A DNA stretch of 64,000 nt from Amphiscolops sp. MND2022 (lineage: Eukaryota). Positions 37,901 through 51,169 of this stretch are shown in pieces; position 1 is the stretch's first letter, and every line of letters begins with the position of its first letter. A program made the position numbers and the translations under genes. The notes under the pieces are model-generated. The model saw only the letters and a list, made by a program, of their open reading frames with translations. It made no database searches and had not been told where the DNA came from. The stretch lies in the NCBI GenBank assembly GCA_964187785.1, contig OZ076412.1, positions 61,628,001-61,692,000 on the forward strand. Direction: 5' to 3'.

Positions 37901-40900
37901 CGTCGAAAAATCTACCATCTGCAGCATTTTTTGAGTGAGACATTGAGACAAACTGTTGCGGTTTCAAACGCTTTACCACTCACAAGAATTAGACTATCAT
38001 CTATATTTTGAGGAATTCCGCAGTTTTTCGGGGTACATGACGAAAGGCGATAATTTAGATATTGAACAACGATGGCCCTACAACATCTTTCCATCTGGGA
38101 GACTAATTTTACATCAAAATGTATCATTCGTTATTTCGATTGCAGAAGGAGTTCAAACGTCCAGGCTAAATCCAAAATCACGGCAGTAACAAAAGTTTGT
38201 GTTATTCAATTGCTTCCGTATAACTTCTGTAACATATAGTAGAGTAGACTTTATGCAGTGGAGTGTATCGACGGGAAATCAAATATCGACGCTTTTTTGT
38301 ATCTTGGACAACATCAAAATGAGTTTGCACTTTTATTAACTGTTTCAAGTACTTCAAAGAAGTTTCAAAGGGCTCACAAAATTTTCAACATTCATCGACG
38401 TGCCAAGTTCTCTTTCATGTTTTAGTTCACGTTTATTACAGAATACAGTATTCCAACACCTATGTTTTTCAGAATACAGATTGTATCTGAGGGTCCAAAT
38501 TTCAACAAACTAAGATTTAAAGTGATCGACGTGCTTGAAGCGAACCCTTCGAATATTTTCTGAATTTACTTGTTCAGGTTTAAAATAACAAAACCCTGAT
38601 GAAGTTTCAGGAAAATTGTTACGTGGAACTAGGACTTACTAAAGCTCATTTTGGACTGGGAAGTGTGCTACAATTAGCGGAATAGTTTTACACGGGATGC
38701 CCACTGAGTACCCGAAACATTTTACAAACAACATTTGAGTTGGTCTCAAGAGCATCAGATACAATACAGAACTTTACGAACTTCTGAGAAAAAAAACTAA
38801 AATTTCTGTATAAAAAGAATGCTGAGTGGCTAGTTGTTCCGTCGAGCTATTTGCTAAGACTGTTTCCGGATGTTTTCTTGGAGCGTATTATGATAAATTA
38901 GTAACAAGTTGCAGCCGTATGATGATGTTTGATCTGTTAGATCCCCTATTTCCATCTACTTTCCCAATATAATGTAACAGCAGGTAATCACTGTCCCTTG
39001 TCCGTCCGCGAAGATGGAGGAACCTGTGACATTAGTATGTGCCCGGGACAGGCGCCCGTAGCCAAAAGTTCATATTGCCTCCTGAAGTAAAACATGTGCC
39101 GTCAGGAGGAAGTCCTCAAAGGAGCTCTTGTAAAGCTAGTCTGTAACAGCTGGCAGTAACAGGCATTTTGCCTTTTCTTTTCAAAATCACCATTTGGACC
39201 GCCTTCAAAAACGAAGATGGTGGTGCCAGGGGTAAATTCTTCTATATCACAGGAAATTGAGAAATAGTCGCTAATGAGCAAAGACATCAAGAAAATACGA
39301 TAATTCACAGCATTCTTGACGTTTCACGAGGATAAGCCAGGAGCCACAAGCACCGTAAGCTTGGTTGAAAAATGGAATTGTTGAAAAAGGTTTACAAGTT
39401 GGGCAGAGGAAGTCTCTTTACAAAGTAACTCTATTTGATGGAAGTTGGTTCTGGAATTATTGACTTTCCAACTGCACTTCTGGTCTCAAAAAATAAAAGC
39501 CTGACACCACTTTTTATGAGAGTCATCGAAGGAAATTTCAAAAATAGGATTACGTCAGGGAAACGTCAAGTTATTTATATGCTTCAAACTCTACTGCGTG
39601 ACAATCGAAATATGATCAGCGGGCTCTCAGGACCATAGAAAATGGCATAAAACGTCATACAAAAAAGTATTACAAATGTAATTCAACAATACACTAGTAA
39701 TACCACTACTGAATGATCAATTATTGTAAAATCGCATTATGACGAGTACACATCAGGCCTCAAACCTCGTAGTTCTGCATAATGGTACTATGCAAAAACG
39801 TATGATGGCGTATTTTTGTTAGGTCTCGAACCACATAGTGTTGAATAGTCACGAGCACATGCAATCCTTAAATAGCATCACAATCAGCAAACTACATACA
39901 TCTTTCAATCATATGACTCACTAGACTAACTTATGGATGTGCAGTTCATCATTCCATCTAAGCCAGACTTATTCAGAACAAAAATAGGCTCTTTTCTGTT
40001 TTCCCCCCCACCACCAAAATTTTTTTTTTGAAAAATTAGTGAAAATCTTATAACAAAATGTTTCGAATACAAACCAGAAAGCTTCAATTTTACATGTATT
40101 CTCAGTGTGACAATTTAGAAATCAGATTTAAACTTTGTTCACACTTTTTCAATATGTAGTCATGCATTTTGGATGAAGAAATCAACAACTTCCTGTTTTG
40201 AGTCATCGAAAAACACTTAATACGAGCATAAGTATAGTCAAAATGCGTGAACAATGGTTTGTTCAAGCAAAAAATGTCCAATAGACGTTAACTTCCCGTA
40301 ATGAAAGAAGGTTTTATACTTTTAAATAATCTGGTATAAAGTTTTTAAGGAAATTTACTTCCAAAAATTTTGGTGGTGGGGGGGGGGGAAAACAGAAAAG
40401 AGCCCAAAAATATTATCGAAAATAATATGCTTGTATGACGTCATTTAAGCAAACAAAAACATGAAACATCTGTTTTACATCTGAGTTAACTTCAGTCTTT
40501 GTTCGCCTTCTTAATGTTGCTCCCCGAATCCAACACAGCTGTTGGGCTGTGATACACGCTTAAGAAAGCGCAAGTTTCTATTTGTAGTTCGTCTTGGCAA
40601 GTTTAGCAATTTGATACCTAATAGGTCTCACAAAGTCAGCATCAATTTGAAAAATTTCATGGCAGAATAATGGAAGGCAGTGTGTTGAAACATTCTAGCG
40701 CGCATTAACAAATACACCATCCAATAAAAATGCTACATAATTAGAAGTGACTGATAACAGACGTCCTCGTTCGCAAAGTTCGGATACGACTTTTGGATTA
40801 TTAGGCATTGAAGATTTGAGCAACGAAAGCTGTTAACTAATCGTTAAGGCAACATTCTCACATTTCTGATCGCAAAGTCGAAAAAAGTAATTCGAGGATC

Positions 40901-43900
40901 CGAACGGAGACCAGATTGAACGCATTATGTAACGAATCCCTTTTATCGCAATATCACAGACCGGATTATTACAAAGTTCAAATATGCCATGTGGAAACTT
41001 CGTTCAAGCTGGATTTGGCTTCCCACTGAGCATGTCATCCAAGTACCTGCCAAAGCAAAAATGAGTAGAAAAAGTCATCGCGTGAGAACGAGAATGAACC
41101 TCCACCATATCCAACACCGGAATCTTAGGCTACTAAGTAGATTGTTTTCGGAAAAACATTACATCTGTTTTATAAGAGAAAAGCGTGAAATGTTCATTTT
41201 TGACAGTTTTATATCTGTTTTACCATTCTTAGATTTTTCGTGGGTAATAGAAAACAAAAATGATTGTGTAGTAACTATGGAGATCGAGGGAATTCAAAGC
41301 AAACCGGAAACAGCTCAAGGTTTGTGAAAAAATGTTTTAAATATGCAGAGGGACAGTATTTTGAAAGAATTTATCAATTTTACAGAACCAGAAAACACCC
41401 GGAAAGACACCCACGAGACTCGAAAAACGCTGGAAATGTCAAAAACCCAACTTTTTGGAAAATGTCGAAAACTGTTTCCTTCTGGAAAAAGTCTCATAAT
41501 GCCAAAAAACCAAAAAGGACACCCTTGAAGTTCGCAAAATGAACCAAAATAACAAAAAGATTTATAGAAGTGTCTATTTTGGCTTTGGAAGTTTCTGTCA
41601 AACCACTGAGAGTACATGATACACATGATATACACTATGGTATCAAAAAGCTACGTACACCAACATTTTTTTAAAAAAACTCAGAACAGTAAAATTTGAA
41701 ACAACTGTTGAAACAAATAATAAATCAATATCCCGTCAAACTACCATGGTTTTTGATTACCTTCACCAGACGATTCTCATACGATGAGTACAAGTTGCGA
41801 ACAACATCAGGGTTTATGTTGTTCCACACTTCCATAACCTTTTCTTCTAAATTCTCCCAGGTAACAACCTGACCTCGCAAGCTTTTTTTAAAAATGGCCC
41901 AAATATTTTCAATAGGATTCAGGTCAGGACTGTAAGCTGGCCAATCCAGCACCTCCCATTGCTCTTGGGCCAGAAAATTGCGAACAACTTCACTTTTGTG
42001 TACTGGGGCGTTGTCTTGCTGGAACACCAAATCCGGTATATTCAAATGTCGATCGTGTTGCTTTAAAATCTCCAAATATCCGTAACTGTTGAGTGTTGCG
42101 GGACATTCAATTAGCATTTTCCTACCATCTGATCTGATGGCCCCCCAAAACATCATAGATCTTTTGTCTGTGCGTATTCCCTGTATGTTTTTCGGGCAAA
42201 AGCGACGACCAGTTTTCCTGAACACCCGCACAACGCCATCACTATTCAAGCGCACACGGGTCTCGTCTGAGAATACGACGTTTTCCCAGAAGCCTAGTTT
42301 CCATCCAGTCGAATTTCAGAACAAAAATGCAAAAGTTCGAGTGAAACAAAAACAACCTTCCTCAAGCTTACAATAACACCCAAATCTGGCCAGCGAATAT
42401 GCATCTAAGGTAGTGCAGAAGGTCCCCCCTCTCATTTTCTCTTTTTTAACGCAACATACGAAACCGAACGAGACTAAAGGGTCCCCTTTCAAACTTTATG
42501 ATATTTTGGTGTTTTGAGGTTTTTTGTCTTTTCATAAAAGTTCTGAGCAGAGTTTCTACACTTTGCGCTTTTTGAGCCTTAGGTTTAGCGCCGACTTTAG
42601 ATGTTCTCGTCTTGTATCATTGACAGCACCATCAAAAGCGCTATTAGTTTACTCTACCAAAGTGATTGATTTGATAAAATTTTTTATTTCGTTTTGGTTT
42701 TTTCGGCACTTTGAGATTTTTCTCAAATATTTTTTCTTTCAAAAAATTCCATAACTTTTTCCCATTTTCGGTGAAAATTGACGCTGGATAAAAACCAAGG
42801 GGCTTTTTCAACATTCTCGAGCACCAGCGTTTTCTGACCAGCCTTTGTTTTTTGTTCAAGTTAAACTTTTTTGCGGCTTTTCTAGAAACAATTCCGTACT
42901 TCTTCAGGATTCTTCGAATAGTGCATTTAGAAACTGTCTTTGACGTTGAAAAAGAGTTTTGCAGTACTCTTACTCGTTCTAATGTTGTTTTTGGGTCTTT
43001 TTCCACTCTTCGAACTATTAGTCTTTGCTCTTTTTCGCTGAGCTTTTCTGGCCGGCCTGGAGGTTTTTTCGCCACATAAGAGTTCGTTCTCAAAAAACGC
43101 TGATAAGCTGTTTGAGCTGTCGATCGAGATTTAAGTCCCAACTTTTCTTTAATTTCTTTGTATGATAAACCCTTTTCGCGAAGTGTAACGATTTTGCAAA
43201 CAACGTATGAATCCAAAGGTTTGACCATTTTCAACAATGTTTAATTCAAGAGTGATTGATTTCACTTCCGGTTGAGAATGAAAATGAAAAGTTCTTCACA
43301 AACTGACTGAGATTTAATTTTCAGCTGTACGTAGCTTTTTGCTACCATAGTGTATGTAATGTTCGATACATGTAGTCTTCTGATGACTTGATATGCATTC
43401 TTAGTCCATGAATAATTCAGAAAGTGAAAACAGCACTAACAGCGAGCAGAAGAAAAATCGCAGCCATTTTCTTGTCGTAGAAAGTTTGTCCATTGAATGA
43501 CTGGAAGGTTATGACTGATCCAGAAAACGCCAGTTGCGATAGAAGAAAGCATGCGCAAACCATCATGAGAGACGTGGCCGCTTCTCTCTCAGGTGCTCCA
43601 AATCGGTCACGTGGGTTTTTCAGCCTTCGTGCAATGCGGGCACTCCAGAAGAGAATGAGGATGAAAGGGACTCCTCGTAGTAAAGGCATGAGACCCTTTG
43701 TGTACACTTCGCCAATGACTGCAGGGAATCTGGTGTTACCAAGATGAGGGTTACCGGCTATGCATCCCTCTTCTCTCTGCTCCGCCACTAAAGGCGAAGG
43801 TAAAGTGAGAATGAGAGCGGCCACAAGCAGTGGCAAGACTGCGCGGCGAGCAACCTGTGTCTTTCCTCTTCGTCTGTAATCCATGGGTTTTTCAATAGCC

Positions 43901-46900
43901 CAAAGTCGATCATAGGTCAAGCATGTCAGTATGAAGTTCGCTAAAAAAGACTGGCAATAGATTAGTAGAACTTTAACCATTTACAGCTGGAGCGCAATGT
44001 TCTTTTCCCAAAGGCATTTGAAATCTCAAGTGTCCCATTAAATAGATAGTGAAAACCATGACGGCAACTTGGATTATTTTTATTTTCCATCCCCGAATTT
44101 CCATATGGGAAAGGAAAATTACTGATCTGCGTTTTTTTTCCAAAGTTTGCCTTGTTCCAGTTTTATATCCAAATCGAAGTGTTCACCAATAGAATTCAAG
44201 TGATATATACTTGGTTCTATGCATTCTGTATTTGTTGAGATTTTTGGACGTTTTTGGTTGATCCCAAATTGACCCCAAAAAACTTCTAATTTTTTCCCTT
44301 CATAAAGATTTTTTGTACAATTTGAAAATTTTATCTGTGATTTAAAACTTCCAAAAAGTTCCATGAAAAATCTATCCAGGATTTTAATAGTCCGAAAAGT
44401 TTGGTTGAAAACGTGTCTCAAAAAGAGTGTTCGTTTGTACAAAAATTTCGAACATGTTCGTGAGTTTGAAGATCCAAGTTCCATTCCTCACACAGTCGCA
44501 CAATTTCTTGACATTTTAAAGCATTTTTATACACTTTTCCAACATTCGCTTGGATGATACGATCCGAGATGTTTGAATCCGAAACAAACCAGCTATCTAG
44601 TATGTTTTTTCACCTTTTTCTATATTTCACCTATTTCGAACAAATTTTCTATAAGTTAGATTATCCGAAAAAATCAAGAGAAAGACACGAGTTGTGTTGG
44701 AGAAGTGTCTCAAAGAACACAAAAAACTAGAAAATTCGAAAAATTGCTAGATTAAGACACCTATTCAGGCACTTTTTGCATACTTTTTGATTGTTTCGAG
44801 AAATTTTTCTTCCAAAAAGTTGATCAAAAAACCAGTAAGCTACTTTGTAAAAGTAATTTGATGTTTATAGTATTGAAAAAAATCTTCAAAAATACCCCTA
44901 TAAAGCTAAACCGTCTTTTTTGACTACTTTTAACAATTTTCGCACGTTTCGAGATCTGTCATCGAGTGTGCTTTCACAGTGAGAAAAGTTGATTTTTGGA
45001 TAGAAAAGGCCCCAAATGGACACCAAAAAAACATTTATCATTTTTGATCATCACACAGTCATTTTTGTTCAGTTTTTGAACGTTTTCGAGGGTTAAAAAT
45101 TTACACAGTTAAAAACAAGGGTTACAATTTTACTCTATGACAACAGAGAGTTTTAATTTGACACATATCATCCAAACGTTTTTAGAAGAGAGATTAGAAG
45201 AGATATTTTCTGTTGTCTGTTCAAAATAAGCAATGAAGCCTCAAAAAACTTTTGAAAACATTTTAAAATGTTGACAGTTTCGTCTGAAAGGAAAACCTAC
45301 AAGTTTCAAAAACAAAACATTCAATATTATATTTTATGAGACCAACTGATAGAACAATCAATTGTCAAGAAAACGTTTTCATATACATCTGTCTATTTTG
45401 ATGGTTATTACTACTTTCGGTGTTCAGAAATCGAAACTGAATATTTATGTAGTATTCGCTTTAGGGGAAACGTAACTTGGGAAAGCTTCGAAATGACATC
45501 AAAACTGCACAAAAATTCCAAAAATAGCTACTTTTGAAATTTAGCAGCAATTTTTGTACCGGTTTAATGCATTTTCGTAGTTCACACTATCCAAAGATGA
45601 AGATATGATTGAGGAACGAAACAACTATCCAATAGGTTTTTAGAAACAACAGTGGAAAATTTTTTCAAAGAAGTCCGCAAAAAGCTCACAAAATAAAATT
45701 TCTCCAATTTCAACCGTGTTAATCACTTTCCGTGCAATTTTTCGCACATTCAGAGAGGTATGAAGAATCGGATGCGGGACAAAACAGCCAATTTCAAAAC
45801 GAGACAAAACAGCCGATTTTCAAAACGGAGCAAAAAGAGTGCTGTTACAGCCAATATGCATGGAACTTGATTTATTTGAAGAGGTTCATATTTGTTGCAT
45901 GGCTCGGTCGCTTCGCTCCCTTCGCCAAGTATCAACATTGAGGCATGACTATATGGCTCGTCGCTTCGCTCCTGCATTCAAGACACTAGGGGTATGTGAA
46001 CATAGCTTACTACGTTAAAATAATAATTTTATTGACTGCTAATCTTACGCATTGACAATATCGGTAATTTCTATTTTGTACTGTTTCAAAATCGGCTGTT
46101 TTGTCCTATTTTGAAAATCGGCTGTTTTGTCCCGTTTAAAACCGGCTGTTTTGCCCCGCTGCCGAAGAACCATCTCGTTGGAGAACAAAACAATTTCCTT
46201 CTTAGTATTTCCTCAAAATGAAATAACCGAGGATATGTTTTAAATAACACAAAATCAAGAGCGAAAAGTGTTGATTTTGCAACGTTTCCTCGGTAATCTT
46301 CACTGGTTTTTGTAGTATGATAGTTCATGGAGTTCAATAACAAAAAGTGTGGCTAGTGAACATACTTTCTGTGAACTTTTGTACACCATTCACGCTCGGA
46401 CCTTGAGAACAGGTCGTAACTAATTTCTTTCTTGACAAAAATTATCCTGCTGATTTAGCGGGCGGCCTGTTTTCTTTTATGCCCCTCTTGACAATTGCAC
46501 TGGTACGCAGCGTTTATAAATACATAATGCTCACAAAGACAATAATTTCATTGTACGAGTTAGATCGAAAATTTCTTTGAGAAAATTTGATTCGAAAAAG
46601 TTTGGTAAAAAGGAAATGTCGGTCAATGAAAGCTGAGTCAAAAACGTTCAAAATGCGTTGTAGAAATTCATTTTGTTCAAAATAGTTTGAGTTTTGAGCT
46701 ATTTTGACCCGTGTAGGCCAGTGATTTCGGAATAACTATAACTATGGAACGATAGGTCGTTATTTTGACTATTCTAGAACTCAGTAAAAATTGATACGAG
46801 AACTATAAATACACGTTAACATTGATTTTTATTTTGTATTTCCACTTAGAAGAGTTTATTCTTGCATTTAGTTAGTGCGCAGATCAATACAACATACCCT

Positions 46901-47361
46901 TGCAGCCAATTTCTGATATATTCAACATATATGTTGAATATAACAAAATTGGCTGAGTTGTTATTTGTTGTTACACATCCGTACTTAACGTATTCGGTTC
47001 TAATGGATGGATTTGAGACATGTTTAATGTAACCTGCATTCATTGCCGACCCGCCCAAGAAACGCATCGTTTTGCACGTGTAGTTGTTGGCAATCCAAGA
47101 TGTGGATTGAAGCCAGCCTGTAGCCACGCTTTGGCCAGACAATGCGACTACAGCCAGTGAATCAGCCACAGCCAGTTGTTTCATGAAGGCAGTTCCAGAT
47201 GTCTGGTTCCTCAGTTTGGAGGCAACAAGACATGCCAGTGTATTAGCAGCCAGTCCCAGTGGTGCCATTCCGACCAGTAGTAGTCGAAGTCCATTTTCGG
47301 TCACTTCCAGTAGAGGATAATCCTCATCTGTATTCATGGTGTTGTTCATCGTCAGTTCCAT
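34962..47361 (-). CDS. Class A (rhodopsin-like) GPCR, probable peptide-receptor type, 4 coding exons, ~354 aa
   Basis: Exons 47361-47034 (TM1-2: GLAANTL, LAVADSL), 43940-43441 (TM3 LTYDRLWAI to TM6 CACFLLSQ), 36775-36607 (TM7 INHSFNFVFYMIGSITFR), 35029-34962 (tail and stop). All three introns are GT-AG with matching phases (1,0,1); total 1065 nt. Confidence 0.88.
39987..40404. mobile_element. MITE (418 bp) with ~40-bp TIRs and 8-bp TSD
   Basis: TIR GGCTCTTTTCTGTTTTCCCCCC-CACCACCAAAATTTTT at both ends; CAAAAATA duplicated at 39979-39986 and 40405-40412. Confidence 0.88.
41725..43228 (-). CDS. Tc1 DD34E transposase, 333 aa after removal of one intron (exons 43228-42796, 42293-41725)
   Basis: HTH region with GRP; junction CTT G|GC TTC TGG gives KPLGFWENVVFSDE; QQDNAPVH and SPDLNPIE with 34 residues between D and E. 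Confidence 0.9.
42297..42795 (-). mobile_element. 499-bp non-autonomous TIR element forming the transposase intron (introner-like)
   Basis: Ends GTTTTTATCCAG... and ...CTGGATGGAAAC (10/12 inverted match), flanked by TTG and TAG; GT comes from the element end and AG from the flanking TAG. Confidence 0.75.
45774..46159. mobile_element. MITE-like foldback element with subterminal tandem repeats, in GPCR intron 1
   Basis: Repeated ACAAAACAGCCGATTTTCAAAA-type units at the left end and their reverse complements at the right; internal GGCTCG..TCGCTTCGCTCC motif twice. No TSD identified. Confidence 0.6.
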
Positions 47362-50300
47362 CTCCGTGCAATGCAATTCTTGGCCGAAAAAAAGTTAAGT
47401 CACCTTTCGTCACGAATATACCGTCTGAGCCAAAGTTCAAATTCATACGGAGTTGGAAACACCCAAAAACCCTTCTATAGAAAAATTTTTTATACGCTTC
47501 GCACACTTTCATCAAAACTTGCAGAAAAAGTGTAAAGGCATCTGACTGTTTTAGTTCGAAATCTCAAGTTGATATATACAAAAATTATTTACCAATTGAG
47601 TCTTAACTATTTAGTATTCTTAAGAAATTACCTATAAGTGTGCTGCGCATCACAAAACTCGCCCAGACGATCTTCTCAATAAGTTCAAATTTTGAAGGTA
47701 ACACATCAAATTTTTTGAATTTTTTTTCATCTTAGATCTTAGCTGGTGTATTTCCAAACACTTTAGAGGTCGAAACTCTCGTGGAACAGATATGAAAATA
47801 ATAGACCTGTCAAACAAACTTATTTGTGTTATTTGTGTTTGTCTTCTGCAGACGCCAAAAGCTGCAGGTTTCACCTCGGTGGCGCACCAGTGGAAATTTG
47901 GGAGGGGGGTTGCTTTGGAGTATCAGTTACCACTGCTGGAGGGTGATTCATTGGTGTTCATGGCTCGAAAAAAAATTGAATTTAATGAGTTTTTATGCAA
48001 CCGGTAAGTCCTTCAAAAACCATTTAAAATTACTTTTTCACCAGCAAATATTTTTTGAGCATTCGTTTACTAACGTCTTTTAGCTCCGGCCAAAATGGTA
48101 AAGTCCAGAGTATCAGTCCTGAAAAGCAACTAAAGGCTGCACCCTATGTAACGGAACCCTCTGGTATAGCAAAATCCGGTGATTTTTAAATTTTGACGTG
48201 TTCAAAAATTTGGTCAAAAATTCTAATTCGATGTGTGACGTGGAACTGAGCATGAGTTTGTGCAATTTTAGATACTATTTCGAATTTTAGATATTATTCC
48301 GAAACCACCCTGAAGATGGAAATTTACCCTGTTTATCCTTGGCATTGTTTTTAAAAGCTGTCTAATCGGTGGTCCGAGGCGAAGATCCGCTTATCGTGAC
48401 ACTAACTTAACTCGAAGTCCCGTAAAGTTTTTGGAAGAATCTTACTGAAGTTGAGCATATCAGACATTATTTGCAAGAATCTTGCAAGTGTCCCACAATT
48501 GGAACAAAACCTATCAGATTCTGGCAGATCATACAATTCTAGCAGAATCAGACATTTCATTTCAGATCCGTCCAAGATTCTTGCAAGACAATGTCTGAAA
48601 ATTGCAAAAAATTCTCAGGAAAATATCTGATACGGAGAACATCAAGATTGTTTCTTCCATTTTAAGCCATGTCACAACACCATTTTTCCTGTGAAAAACG
48701 AAAAACATGTTTGAATTGCATATCAAATTTGATACGAAACGAGAACAAGATTCAAGTGCATATAATATATGAAAAATTCTATGTTGTCTGTTATATGTAG
48801 TCGCGCGGACTTAATTGTGACCGAGGTTGTTGAATAAAAAATAGTTTATTTTGGAACTACCAGTTTTTGGAGCGGCACTTTTGCCACGATTGTTACCCAA
48901 GACAGCTGGTTGAGCCGCATCCTAACTTGCCAAGATAAGGAAGGAGAAACTACTCGAGTGTGCAATATCCTATAAATAATGCTGTAAATGTGCCCTAATT
49001 GAGATTGCTGGAACTTTTTACCTGCAGCAGGCCTGCAATGAGTGTAATTTTTTTATAGAACCTAGAAACTTCAGAAAGGCTCCTGTAGTAAACTTTGTTG
49101 AATTAGACATTTTCCACAATTACAATCGAAGTTGAAAATATTTCCCTATTCTTTACGGACACGATCACATTCTATTCACACAATGATTTCTCAACTACTC
49201 ATCTGATTTAATCACCGCTTCTCAAATAGGACGCTAGAGATGACGCTTAAATTTAGGACCGATGCATAATGAAACTTGCAGAACTTCAAGGCCTGAAATT
49301 GTCGCCAAAATTTCGATGATTCTTTCAAGAAGCTTGATAAAACTTTAAAAGAACAGAGAAATATTACCGCATTAAAATTTCCAAGTGTTTTAGAAAATCA
49401 TTATTTATTGCTGGCAATTTCAAAAACATGTTAAAAAGTTCGAGCATGTATCAACAAGGGTGGGTATACTTGTTTTCCTGACGCTGTACTAGCCTTTCAA
49501 ATCTGGTTCACACTCAGTCAGAATAGTCAGAAGTTCTTAAAAGATCAGACATTTCCTTCCAAGATCTTGAATATAACTCCAAGAGTAATACATTGGAAGG
49601 TCTTGGAAGTGAAACCTGACACATTCTTGAAGAAAATGTATAGAAGTTCGACAGGGGAATTCTAGAAAACTTTGTCTCGTAACTAAAATTGACGACACTC
49701 TAAAAATCACTTTTTATCTCTGCGGTGCCCAAATGTTGTTTGCTCCCAAAAAAGGATACAGGAACTTCCAAACAATATTTTCATTGTCCAAGCGACATTC
49801 ATTGGAGATCTTTTCTATAGAGACCTAAAATGAGAACAACCTCAGTTGAATCTGCCGGAGCATTCCTCGTGCTGCTTTCCTGTATAAAAGTCCACAAAGC
49901 TGACAGAATTTTATCTTCTTTAGCGCCTCAATCGCTATTTCCAAATTTCAGTTTCTCAAATATTCATCTTATGAAATCACTTATTGCTCGTGGTATCGTT
50001 ACCGTAAGAATTGTTTTTATTCAAACATTAAACAAAACAAGATCGGAACTGCATAAATTGGCAACCCGCTTAGGTCTCAAAAGGAACTTGAAAACATCAT
50101 GTAATCTCTTTCGAATAAATTCTCAAATTCACAGTACACAAAAACCACCCGAAGGTTGTGACTCTTTCTGCTTGAAATGGTATTTTACTTTTATTTGCAG
50201 CAGAATCTTCAAAAGAGAGAACCAAACCTTTCCCAAAAAAGTTGGCACAGTGCCGGAAAATCAAAAAAGGTTGTAGTTTGTGCTTCAAAGACGTTTCAAA

Positions 50301-51169
50301 AATTGATAGTATCGGAAACTGAAGTCGGCTCCAATTGTGAAGTAACAATTTTCCCCAAAAACTTTCATATTGGCAAAAGTAACCCTCAAATCTACTTTCG
50401 TTGAACTAACGTTGTCAAAATATAAAAGAGAGGACCCTTCCAAACAAATTTCGTTTAAACATCCAATACGAAATGGGTACTTCGACAGGGTTGAAAACAA
50501 ATACTAGGGAAAACCACTTTCATAGTCGCGTGACACAGCTCTAGCGGTCACCATTATGCAACGTCACAAAGTCTTAGATTGTTGTTTGAATGCCGACAGG
50601 CTGTTGTCTAACACAATCGTATTTCCTTAAAGATAGAAAAAGGCATTTGCCACAAAAATTATTACAACAATTCAGTTGAATCATATAGCTTTAATGGTTT
50701 TCGATTGAGTTATAGTCAGCTAAAACAAGGAGATGCGAGATTCGTCGACTAGCAGGGAACAGCGGAAATCAGAAGCGCGCCAACAGTTTCGGGATTGCCA
50801 GCATTCTTGAATTCAGCAGATACAGCCCCTAAAACAGAAAGAAAGGATTGATCGGACATCTTTCTGGTCGCAGCAAACGAAAAATATTCAATGTTAGTGA
50901 GTGAGTGAAACATTACGAAACGTTACAAAGGAACGACCGAGAATGGCAGCACTCATGAACAACTTCAATGAACAACCGGTAGAAAGAAATTGTTAAGCAA
51001 CCTCTTCTTATCACTGAGCACAGCTGACAAGGAAAATCCCACGAAAAAATTTCCGCACATGAAAGTGTCAACGGTGAACAGGAAGAAAACAAGTCGGGAA
51101 CGGCCCAAGTCGGCGCCATATCTAAGGCTCAAAATTAGCAAAAAGACTTGAAAATGTCACAGTATTGGT

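Larger units (their letters stand above)
41633..43352 (-). mobile_element. Tc1/mariner DNA transposon (1720 bp) in GPCR intron 2
   Basis: 27-bp TIRs CACTATGGTA(T/G)CAAAAAGCTACGTACA (41633-41659, 43326-43352) flanked by TA on both sides. Confidence 0.96.

Noticed and set aside
38900-39360. Possible coding remnant or extra exon in GPCR intron 2 (also 41000-41140)
   Set aside because: Higher GC, but frames contain stops, no family motif recognised, and the GPCR model is complete without them.
43417-43440. GPCR truncated at ...VSAVFTF-stop by the Tc1 insertion
   Set aside because: A GTTAGT donor at 43440 splices in phase to a clear TM7 exon at 36775.
48400-49700. Degenerate TCTTGCAAGA / CAGATTCT repeats
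   Set aside because: Probably pieces of a dispersed non-autonomous repeat, but termini and TSD could not be defined.
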